Of a DNA stretch of 23,631 bases, positions 1 to 7,243 are shown piece by piece. The position numbers and the translations under genes were made by a program. The notes beneath the pieces are model-generated. The model saw only the letters and a program-made list of their open reading frames with translations, did not search any database and had not been told where the DNA came from. Each line of letters opens with the position of its first letter. The stretch's first letter is position 1. Source of the stretch: Candidatus Caldarchaeum sp. (GTDB lineage Archaea > Thermoproteota > Nitrososphaeria_A > Caldarchaeales > Caldarchaeaceae); NCBI GenBank assembly GCA_038831915.1, contig JAWBKB010000021.1:1-23631 (forward strand), in the 5' to 3' direction.

Positions 1-568
1 GACTGCTTGGTTGAGCGTTTCTCCAGCCTCTTCATAGTTCTTCTGAGAAGGCTTAGCTTTAGGGATGTGTCTGAGAGGTATGCCTCTAGGGAGAGTGTTA
101 GGGAGTGGGTTCATAGGCTGGGGATGGTCTTCAATTCCATGCGTAAGCCCAGGAGGCTTGTAGCCGTCGATGAGACTGTTGAGAAGAGGCTGGGCGAAAG
201 GGTCTATCTATGGTCTGCAGTAGACGTCGATGCAGGCGAGATAATAGCGGTATACGCTTCCAGAGGTAGGTCTATACTTTCCTTAGGATGGTCCTAAGGG
301 CATGCGAGGGTAAGCCGGTGGTAGTAGTGGATAGGGGTCCATGATATCCATGGGCATTGAAGAGGCTTGGAATAGAGTACTTCCTTTGGGAATAGGAATA
401 GGATAGAGAGGTGGTTTAGGGAGCTTAAAGACAGAACCAGAAGATTCCACAACAACATCAAGACAGTAAAGAGTATAGAGGAGATAACAGCAGGAATAGC
501 CCTAATACATAACCTACTCCTCAGAACCCAAACAAGAGAAAGAGGCGTAATACCTAGTTGACAGTACC
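1..568 (+). mobile_element. IS6-family insertion sequence, left end outside the window, degenerate
   Basis: DDE transposase motifs (VAVDET, LWSAVDVD, VVDRGP, RIERWF). Ends in ...AGTTGACAGTACC at 568, whose reverse complement GGTACTGTCAACT is an IS6-type GG-start terminal IR. Bases 459-568 match 23512-23621 in reverse complement at 108/110. Confidence 0.9.
7..561 (+). pseudogene. IS6-family DDE transposase pseudogene
   Basis: The reading frame shifts near 278 (RGRSI/FLRMVLR) and near 384 (GIEYF/FGNRNRIERWF). In-frame TGA at 342-344 (DRGP*YPW). Natural stop TGA at 559-561 lies inside the IR. Confidence 0.88.
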
Positions 569-652
569 CAACCAGTCTGAAGAATCATTTATGGATGTTG
601 GCCTCGAAAATAAAGCTATGCTTCGTTGTCACGAGGTTTACTTAGGTCGATG

Positions 653-658
653 TTTATA
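653..658 (+). promoter_or_regulatory. TATA box for trm112 (probably leaderless)
   Basis: TTTATA 24 nt upstream of the GTG start at 683. Confidence 0.55.
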
Positions 659-682
659 TCCGCGCGGTGACGACTTTTCAAT

Positions 683-1048
683 GTGAAATATAGGCTGCTG
701 GACATCTTGGCTTGTCCGATGTGTAAATCTTTTCCATTAAGGCTGTCTGTTTTCGAGCGGAGAAATATTTCGCCCCCACCGGTGATTCGTCGCTGCGAAA
801 TCTTCTGCGGTTATCACACAGGTTTCATCAGGGAGCTGCAGCAAACGGAATGTGAAAAATGCTACGGACTGGAAATTTCGTCGGGATTACTTGAATGCGG
901 TAGATGCGGCCGTTGGTATCCTATTGTGGAAGACATTCCTAGGATGTTGCCAGACGACCTCCGGGACACAAAAGTTGACAAAGAATTTGTCAATGCATGG
1001 AGTCATTTCCTGCCCAAATACGTGGTTGACAGCGTCAAGCGCGAGTAA
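683..1048 (+). CDS. trm112: Trm112-family methyltransferase activator
   Basis: MKYRLLDILACPMCK at the N-terminus and LECGRCGRWYPIVEDIPRMLPD near the C-terminus, the typical archaeal Trm112 Zn-binding pattern. Confidence 0.88.
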   Translation: MKYRLLDILACPMCKSFPLRLSVFERRNISPPPVIRRCEIFCGYHTGFIRELQQTECEKCYGLEISSGLLECGRCGRWYPIVEDIPRMLPDDLRDTKVDKEFVNAWSHFLPKYVVDSVKRE

Positions 1049-2495
1049 CTGCTTCAAGTCCAACTTTTTCAGCGCTCGTCCATTTCGGCCTTCTCCGCAA
1101 CAGCAAAATATCCACCACGGCCTTAAACGCAATCATGTCTAAGATGTGCTTATACCCCACTACCGCGAAGGGTGCGTAAACTGCGAGTCGCACGTCTTCT
1201 TTTTCCATGTCCAACGCAGTGATTGATAAGAGTAGTTGCAAAATTGTGAACACTGCGAACAGTTTCAATACATATGCTATTCCGCCATTTAGAATGATGA
1301 TGATGGCGGCGGGGATGGCGGCCATTCCGAGGAGAGGAATTATGATTTGCTGAATAACCATGAGCGGGAAAACGAGGTATGTCAGAAAACCGTATCTCGC
1401 AACACGGAACGCGTCAGAATGCCTGAGCAGTACCTGCAGGTTTCCCCTGTACCATCGAAGCCGTTGTCGGTAAAGGCTTGACAGCTTTGCGGGTGCTTCG
1501 GTGTACGCGAACGCTCCCGCGGGTGCCTGGATTACTCCTCCCGTTTTCAGCAGTTTCACCGTCAAGTCAAAATCCTCTGTTAACGTCATCCGGTCATACC
1601 TGCCCAGAGTGAACGCCTCTTTTTTTCTAAAAGCTGAAAGCGGACCGGGCATGACTTGCACCACTCCAAAGTATGATGTGGCTCTCCTGACTATGTTGAG
1701 TTGCGTGATGTATTCGAGAGCTTGGTTTTTTGTCAGCCAGTTAACAGGGTTTACGACCCTTACGTTGCCGGCGACCCCTACTACTTTAGGGTCTTTGAAT
1801 GGTGCAAGTAGGTTCTTGAAGGTGTCGCGTGTGATTATGCTGTCTGCGTCGACGGAAACTATGACATCTCCTGACGCGAAAAGCATCCCATGGTTAAGCG
1901 CTGAAGCTTTTCCTCCGTTAGCCTTACGGAGGACCATGACACCTCTCTTCGCGTATCGACTCGCAACCTCATATGTGCTGTCTGTGCTTCCATCGTCAAC
2001 CACTATGATTTCTTTGTTGGGATATTCGGCTTCGAGGACGGCTTCAATACAGGGGCCGATGGATTTCTCCTCGTTGTAAGCTGGAATTATGACTGATACC
2101 GGTATTCCCAAAAACTGGTCCTGCGTTGTTTTTTCTTCTCTTCGGTAAGATGCTACCGATAGTGGGAGGAACATCATGTTGGATAGGAAAAGAATCGTGA
2201 AGCTCGACAACATAATGGGTTTATACCAGTCGCGTGTAAAGTTGAATTCTTCAAAAAAGATGAAAAAGGCCGAAATAATCGGAACGGCCGCGATCAAAAA
2301 GCCGATTAAGGTTTTGCGTTCAGTGACGGGCCTGTCTTTTCGTAAACCCGACAACACACCATAAAGGTAGAAGGATAAACAGAAAAGAGCTGAGGCGATG
2401 AATGACAGCGTCGCGGCGAAGCTTTCAACTACTAAAGGTATCAAAACAATTGTCGCGAAAGCTGTTGCCCCTGAAAGTAGTATAGTTGCTTTCAA
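1035..2495 (-). CDS. Membrane-integrated processive GT2 glycosyltransferase (PgaC/IcaA/BcsA-like)
   Basis: IPAYNEE, VDDGSTD, GGKASALN, DAD, TED and QRLRW (QxxRW) motifs. About 4 N-terminal and 3-4 C-terminal hydrophobic helices. TTG start. Confidence 0.88.
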   Translation of the reverse strand: MKATILLSGATAFATIVLIPLVVESFAATLSFIASALFCLSFYLYGVLSGLRKDRPVTERKTLIGFLIAAVPIISAFFIFFEEFNFTRDWYKPIMLSSFTILFLSNMMFLPLSVASYRREEKTTQDQFLGIPVSVIIPAYNEEKSIGPCIEAVLEAEYPNKEIIVVDDGSTDSTYEVASRYAKRGVMVLRKANGGKASALNHGMLFASGDVIVSVDADSIITRDTFKNLLAPFKDPKVVGVAGNVRVVNPVNWLTKNQALEYITQLNIVRRATSYFGVVQVMPGPLSAFRKKEAFTLGRYDRMTLTEDFDLTVKLLKTGGVIQAPAGAFAYTEAPAKLSSLYRQRLRWYRGNLQVLLRHSDAFRVARYGFLTYLVFPLMVIQQIIIPLLGMAAIPAAIIIILNGGIAYVLKLFAVFTILQLLLSITALDMEKEDVRLAVYAPFAVVGYKHILDMIAFKAVVDILLLRRRPKWTSAEKVGLEAVTRA

Positions 2496-2522
2496 CCTGT
2501 CTGTCCGAAATTCTTATCCGGG

Positions 2523-2530
2523 ATATTTAA
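2523..2530 (-). promoter_or_regulatory. TATA box for the GT2 gene, abutting the tRNA-His 3' end
   Basis: TTAAATAT on the minus strand, 27 nt upstream of the TTG at 2495. Confidence 0.5.
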
Positions 2531-2531
2531 G

Positions 2532-2605
2532 GGCCGAGGGCGAGATTCGAACTCGCGCTGCAGGGTCCACAGCCCTGAGGGCTACCAGGCTACCCCACCT
2601 CGGCC
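2532..2605 (-). tRNA. tRNA-His(GUG), intronless, with genomic G at -1 and C73
   Basis: G-GCCGAGG TG GGGT AGCCTGGTA GCCC T CAGGG CT GTG GA CCCTG CAGC GCGAG TTCGAAT CTCGC CCTCGGC C forms a full cloverleaf. CCA is not encoded. Confidence 0.95.
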
Positions 2606-2613
2606 AACCCGCT

Positions 2614-3396
2614 TCAGGGATGTCGTTGGTCTATTCTTAAATGTTTGTCTCCGATGTCTCGTTCGTACACGCTTTTTAAGAATTGGAACATTTTTTGGAG
2701 GTCTTTGAGGGTCGTCCTTTTAACGGGTTTTTCGAGCAAATGGTCGTCTAATTCTGAAAGCTCGACGATACGGATTGCTTCTCTCTTAGTCAATGAAGAC
2801 CATAACACGTTACGTAGGGCGTTCCGCACCTTACTAGCGCTGTAGCTCAGAGATCTTATCATCGCGTCTTCGACAACAGTCTTTTGTTTCGGTGTCAGGA
2901 CAAGGATGCAGAGGTCGCCTGGATAAGGTGGTTGACAGATTTCACCTGGAAAATATTCTGCCATGGAAGCTGTGTAGGCCAAGGCTGTTTTAAAGCCGAG
3001 CGATGTGTTATGACTAGTTACACTGTTCGCGAATTTTCGCGGGGTCAGCAACGACATCAAAACTGGGTTTCGTAGATGACGCATGAGAAAAGGCTCGAGC
3101 ACGCTGAACGGAGGGTTCGCGACAACTTTGTCATAGTTGGGCAACCTCAATTTGAGAATGTCTCCTCTTATCACGACGACATTCGGATAGTTTGACAGAT
3201 TTCTCATGAGAACGGGAAGTAGTTGATGGTCTTTTTCGACAGCGTAGACGAGCTTTGCTCTATGGGCTAGAGCCGCGGAAATAATTCCTTCCCCCGCGCC
3301 TATGTCGAGAATTGTTTCGGTTTTATTGACTGAAGCGTTTTCAACCAGCTTCCGAACACAGTTTTCGTCTAGTAGAAAGTGTTGGTCGACAGTCAT
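2614..3396 (-). CDS. ksgA: 16S rRNA m6,2A dimethyltransferase KsgA/Dim1 family
   Basis: DQHFL, LDIGAGEG, AVEKD, GDIL and VVANPPF motifs. Start placed at ATG 3396 (MTVDQHFL) because the track's longer start overlaps the upstream gene. Confidence 0.8.
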   Translation of the reverse strand: MTVDQHFLLDENCVRKLVENASVNKTETILDIGAGEGIISAALAHRAKLVYAVEKDHQLLPVLMRNLSNYPNVVVIRGDILKLRLPNYDKVVANPPFSVLEPFLMRHLRNPVLMSLLTPRKFANSVTSHNTSLGFKTALAYTASMAEYFPGEICQPPYPGDLCILVLTPKQKTVVEDAMIRSLSYSASKVRNALRNVLWSSLTKREAIRIVELSELDDHLLEKPVKRTTLKDLQKMFQFLKSVYERDIGDKHLRIDQRHP

Positions 3397-3397
3397 T

Positions 3398-3715
3398 TTA
3401 GTCGGGCCAGCTCCAAGATTTGTATAAGATGTAGCTGTCTCCTCTTTTGAAAAATCGATGACGAACATCTTCCCAGTTGACTGTATCGTGTGGAAGCGGT
3501 TGACTGTTTTCGTTGGATGAAATTATTCGAAAGCCGACGACGTCTCCGAAGGAAGAGCCATGCGGCTTAACGGCTTTATTGAGCTCCCTAATCACAACGG
3601 TCGCCCCAAGCGTGACAGCGTCTTGGAAATTATGCACCACGCCTGAATGTGGAAAAATGGTCGAAAGGCTTTCCCAACCCAATCCCTGCCGAAAAACCAA
3701 CACCTTCCAAGCCAT
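3398..3715 (-). CDS. Hypothetical protein (105 aa), tightly coupled to ksgA
   Basis: ATG start with a TATA box about 26 nt upstream. Stop lies 1 nt before the ksgA ATG. Trp-rich C-terminus YKSWSWPD. Confidence 0.7.
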   Translation of the reverse strand: MAWKVLVFRQGLGWESLSTIFPHSGVVHNFQDAVTLGATVVIRELNKAVKPHGSSFGDVVGFRIISSNENSQPLPHDTVNWEDVRHRFFKRGDSYILYKSWSWPD

Positions 3716-3736
3716 TACGACAGCACATTCTCTGCC

Positions 3737-3747
3737 TTAAATTTATA
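3737..3747. promoter_or_regulatory. Candidate bidirectional TATA element
   Basis: TTAAATTTATA. The hexamer TTTATA/TATAAA (3742-3747) is 25 nt from ATG 3773 (+) and 26 nt from ATG 3715 (-). Confidence 0.55.
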
Positions 3748-3772
3748 GAATTGTGTTTCAAACGTTTTCTGG

Positions 3773-4315
3773 ATGGTGAAAGTAGGAAAGACTGAAATCG
3801 TTTGTTTGAAGGGTGACATCACAGAAGTTGAGGCCGACGCGATAGTTAACGCGGCCAATAAATATCTCAAGATGGGCGGAGGTGTGGCCGGCGCGATTCT
3901 GCGTAAAGGCGGGCCCTCGATTCAGGAGGAATGCGTCAGAATAGGTTATTGTCCGACGGGTGGAGCGGTGATAACCGGCGCCGGCCGTTTGAAGGCGAAA
4001 TATGTGATTCACGCAGTCGGCCCCGTGATGGGTGAAGGCGAAGAAAGACGTAAACTACGCGATGCCGTAATCAACAGCCTTAAACTCGCCGACACCTACA
4101 ACGTCAAATCCATCGCGTTTCCCGCCATCTCCACGGGTGCTTTCGGCTACCCCATGGAAGAAGCCGTAGAGATAATAGTGTCGGCCACCGTTGACTATTT
4201 GACTCGTGAAAATTCTTCGCTCAAAAAAGTGATGTTCGTTCTTTTCGACGACCACGCTTTTAAGGTTTTCAGTCGTGTTGTTTCGAAGTTCCCCAGCCCG
4301 AATACTCGGGCATAG
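3773..4315 (+). CDS. Macrodomain protein (MacroD/YmdB/Af1521-type ADP-ribose binding/hydrolase)
   Basis: GDIT, DAIVNAAN, GGGVAGAI, VIHAVGP and SIAFPAISTGAFGYP motifs. Confidence 0.93.
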   Translation: MVKVGKTEIVCLKGDITEVEADAIVNAANKYLKMGGGVAGAILRKGGPSIQEECVRIGYCPTGGAVITGAGRLKAKYVIHAVGPVMGEGEERRKLRDAVINSLKLADTYNVKSIAFPAISTGAFGYPMEEAVEIIVSATVDYLTRENSSLKKVMFVLFDDHAFKVFSRVVSKFPSPNTRA

Positions 4316-4784
4316 AACGCGCGTCAACATCCTTTAACGTCTGCTTAAGAAAACGCCGCATTCTATACAGCGCAATGGCCGAGGTGACGGACATGATAGT
4401 GCCAAGTAGCAGTCCAACCAACCCGTGCAACCCGTCGAAGAACGTGTGGAAAACAACAACACCTGCTCCGAGAGGAGCGGCTACGGCAAGAGCTGGGAAT
4501 GAACCGAGAGCGGAGAAAAACGCCACCATGACCGTCAAAACCTGGAGAAAAGCCGATGGAATGAGCGGTATGGCGGAAAAAAGGCTGGGGCCGACTAAGC
4601 TATAGAATACGTAGCCGATCGCTGATGTCGCCGCCAACAAAGCCGGCGTATTTCCTTTCTTTAAAGGTTCCTGCGCCTCTGGTTCAAGGGTGAATTCCGC
4701 CCCGCAGCTTGGGCATTCGGCTTTCCAAGCCTGCAATCGAAACCGTGCTCCACAGTTTTTGCAGACGAAAGGATACCGTTTCAA
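4269..4784 (-). CDS. Zn-ribbon membrane protein (hypothetical)
   Basis: N-terminal CKNC...CPSC followed by about 4 hydrophobic helices. TTG start directly abuts the Rieske stop codon. Confidence 0.7.
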   Translation of the reverse strand: MKRYPFVCKNCGARFRLQAWKAECPSCGAEFTLEPEAQEPLKKGNTPALLAATSAIGYVFYSLVGPSLFSAIPLIPSAFLQVLTVMVAFFSALGSFPALAVAAPLGAGVVVFHTFFDGLHGLVGLLLGTIMSVTSAIALYRMRRFLKQTLKDVDARSMPEYSGWGTSKQHD

Positions 4785-5096
4785 TTAATCCAGCTCCAGG
4801 TAAACAAACCCTTCCCTGACAAAGATCTTGTACGTGGTCAGTGGTTTAAGTTCTTCGTCGAACTCAGCTGTTCCAGTCTCCAAATCCCAGACCGCAGCAT
4901 GTCCTGGGCAAACCACTTTATTCCCTTCTAGAGTGCCTTCGGAAAGATCCCAAAAGTCATGGCTGCAGAGAGCGTCCATCGCGTAAAACTTACCTTCGAC
5001 GTTCGCCACCAAAATCTGTCTTCCGTCGATTTCGAAAGACTTCATCTCTCCCGGTGAAATTTCTTCGACCGCGGCAACTTTCACGAGACGAGGCAT
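4785..5096 (-). CDS. Rieske [2Fe-2S] ferredoxin
   Basis: CSH...CPGH ligand motifs and WDLETG. Soluble, 103 aa. Confidence 0.9.
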   Translation of the reverse strand: MPRLVKVAAVEEISPGEMKSFEIDGRQILVANVEGKFYAMDALCSHDFWDLSEGTLEGNKVVCPGHAAVWDLETGTAEFDEELKPLTTYKIFVREGFVYLELD

Positions 5097-5139
5097 GGCA
5101 GATTCACTCCGACCGAGGCTAAGTATATGTTTTTCCGAA

Positions 5140-5283
5140 CTACTTTACGTATTTCGCCGGATCTTTGTCGAAAACCTGTTTGCAGTGTGCGGAGCAAAAG
5201 TATATGGTTTTAGCGCCGTAAACGGAGGTAAATTTAGCCTTGGATTCGTCCACTTTCATGTTGCAAACAGGGTCGACCGCCAT
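5140..5283 (-). CDS. YHS/TRASH-domain small metal-binding protein (47 aa; absent from the ORF track)
   Basis: Hand translation: MAVDPVCNMKVDESKAKFTSVYGAKTIYFCSAHCKQVFDKDPAKYVK*, with the DPVC...YFCS..C...F..DP.KY signature. Confidence 0.88.
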   Translation of the reverse strand: MAVDPVCNMKVDESKAKFTSVYGAKTIYFCSAHCKQVFDKDPAKYVK

Positions 5284-5342
5284 AACTTGCGGGTTCAACC
5301 GCTTGATTTATGTTTTAATACGTGTGCAAGCAAGTCTGGCGT

Positions 5343-6314
5343 ATGGAGGTTTATGACGTCATCGTGATAGGAGGCGGGCCAGCGGGCTACACCGCGGCCA
5401 TTTACAGCTGCCGGGCGAACCTCAAAACTCTGGTAATCGCCGGCCTCGAGGCTGGAGGCCAACTCATGCTTACGCGTGAAGTTGAGAACTATCCCGGTTT
5501 CAGCAGTGGAGTCATGGGACCTGACTTGATGGAAAACATGAGACAGCAAGCTGAAAACCAGGGAGCACAGATCATCTACGACAATGCCACATCCGTGGAT
5601 TTCAAGAAATATCCATTCGAAGTTTACGTCGGCGACGACAAATATCTTGGACGTGCCGTGATAGTGACGACTGGTGCATCTCCAAAATGGCTGGGTTTGG
5701 AGGGAGAGAAACGGCTTCTCGGCCGAGGTGTTTCAAGCTGCGCGACATGCGACGGCCCACTCTTCAAAAACACTTCGACCACCGTCGTGGTTGGGGGAGG
5801 TGACACCGCCATGGAATATGCATTATTCCTCAGCAACTTGGTGTCAAAAGTCATCGTCATCCATAGAAGAGACAAGCTTAGAGCATCAAAAGTCCTGGCG
5901 GAGCGTGCCATGAAAAATCCGAAAATTCAATTCATATGGAACAGCGTACTGACTGAGATTATTGGTGGAAACAAGGTTGAAGCGGTAAGGGTGAAAAACA
6001 TTCAAACAGGGGAGGAATCCGTTATAGAAACTGAGTCTGTCTTCGTGGCCATCGGTCATAAGCCGAACACCGAAATTTTCGTCGGACAGCTTGAGCTCGA
6101 CGAGGAAGGCTACGTCAAACTTTACGATGGAATGAGAACGAATGTTACGGGTGTTTTTGCGGCTGGAGACGTTCACGACAAGCGGTATCGGCAGGCGGTG
6201 ACAGCGGCGGGCTTTGGATGTATGGCGGCGATGGAAGCAATCCGGTTCCTCGAAAGCGGCGAAGCGGAGAAGCTTCTTCAGACTTCGACGAAAATTTCGC
6301 CCTCCACAACGTGA
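5343..6314 (+). CDS. trxB: NADPH-dependent thioredoxin reductase
   Basis: GGGPAG FAD motif, CATC redox pair, GGGDTA and HRRDKLR NADPH motifs, and GVFAAGD. Start placed at ATG 5343 (MEVYDVIVIG). Confidence 0.95.
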   Translation: MEVYDVIVIGGGPAGYTAAIYSCRANLKTLVIAGLEAGGQLMLTREVENYPGFSSGVMGPDLMENMRQQAENQGAQIIYDNATSVDFKKYPFEVYVGDDKYLGRAVIVTTGASPKWLGLEGEKRLLGRGVSSCATCDGPLFKNTSTTVVVGGGDTAMEYALFLSNLVSKVIVIHRRDKLRASKVLAERAMKNPKIQFIWNSVLTEIIGGNKVEAVRVKNIQTGEESVIETESVFVAIGHKPNTEIFVGQLELDEEGYVKLYDGMRTNVTGVFAAGDVHDKRYRQAVTAAGFGCMAAMEAIRFLESGEAEKLLQTSTKISPSTT

Positions 6315-6586
6315 ACTCGATAAGTCTTAAGGCCGCGTACTGCAGGTGGGTTCAGAACTTCGCCTGTGCTCAACACGAAGCGGGACAGATGGACGGGGCA
6401 GGTAATGGTTTCATCAATCACGATTCCGTTCGAAAGCTCCGCGTATTCATGCGGACAAATATTCGAAACGGCGTAGACTTTCCCCTTGTGCCGCAGGACG
6501 AGTATCTGCTCGTCATCAACAGCCACAACCTTCATTTCCCCTTCGGGCAACTCAGCCTCCGCACACACCTTCAAAAGATTAGACAT
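6278..6586 (-). CDS. Rieske [2Fe-2S] ferredoxin (second paralog)
   Basis: CPH...CPVH ligands and FVLSTGEVLNPPA. Confidence 0.9.
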   Translation of the reverse strand: MSNLLKVCAEAELPEGEMKVVAVDDEQILVLRHKGKVYAVSNICPHEYAELSNGIVIDETITCPVHLSRFVLSTGEVLNPPAVRGLKTYRVHVVEGEIFVEV

Positions 6587-6637
6587 ACAAGTTTAACCCG
6601 GCCGGCATATCTAAAAACCTGATGTTGCTGAAACTCG

Positions 6638-7243
6638 TTGGTTGTAAAATTTTTCGGTTTAAATAACCGCTTCAAAATCCATCGGCTTGGAAGTTTGTCA
6701 CTCGGAGAAGGGTTGGTAATTGGCTCACGTTTCCGGCCTCTGATTCAAAATCCTTACAAGATATTGAATGAGATGGAGGTCGGTCCGTCGCATCGGTTTC
6801 TGGACATAGGATGTGGGAAAGGGTTCCTATCCATACCCGCCTCCAACATAGTTGGCAGCGACGGTGTTGTTTACGCGGTCGACGTTTCGGAAGAATACCT
6901 GAAAGAGTTGACACAACGTATTCGTGAACTCGGCATCCAAAACATTCACGTAATCAATACTTCGGCGGAAAAGCTCGAAAACGTGCCCGACAATTCCATA
7001 GACAGAGCTGCATTCCTGTTTAGCTTGCATCATGTGGAAGACGTCGAAGCGGCTTTCCACAGAGTAAGGAAAAAACTTCGGAAAACTGGCTTGCTCTACA
7101 TTTTGGACCCCGTGAAATCAAGGTTTTTCGGACATGGAACAAATCCTTCGAAAACCATGAAATTACTTGAAGGCATGGGTTTTCGAATCAAGCTGTTTAG
7201 GGAGGGATTGTTTTTATGGAAATTGTTGGCCGAGCCGGTTTAA
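6638..7243 (+). CDS. Class I SAM-dependent methyltransferase
   Basis: FLDIGCGKG motif I, YAVDVS and SLHHV. Exact start uncertain. Confidence 0.85.
   Translation: MVVKFFGLNNRFKIHRLGSLSLGEGLVIGSRFRPLIQNPYKILNEMEVGPSHRFLDIGCGKGFLSIPASNIVGSDGVVYAVDVSEEYLKELTQRIRELGIQNIHVINTSAEKLENVPDNSIDRAAFLFSLHHVEDVEAAFHRVRKKLRKTGLLYILDPVKSRFFGHGTNPSKTMKLLEGMGFRIKLFREGLFLWKLLAEPV

Noticed and set aside
570-576. AACCAGT near both IS ends (570-576 and 23499-23505) as a target-site duplication
   Set aside because: It is not flush with either IR, and the geometry does not fit two inward-facing right ends.
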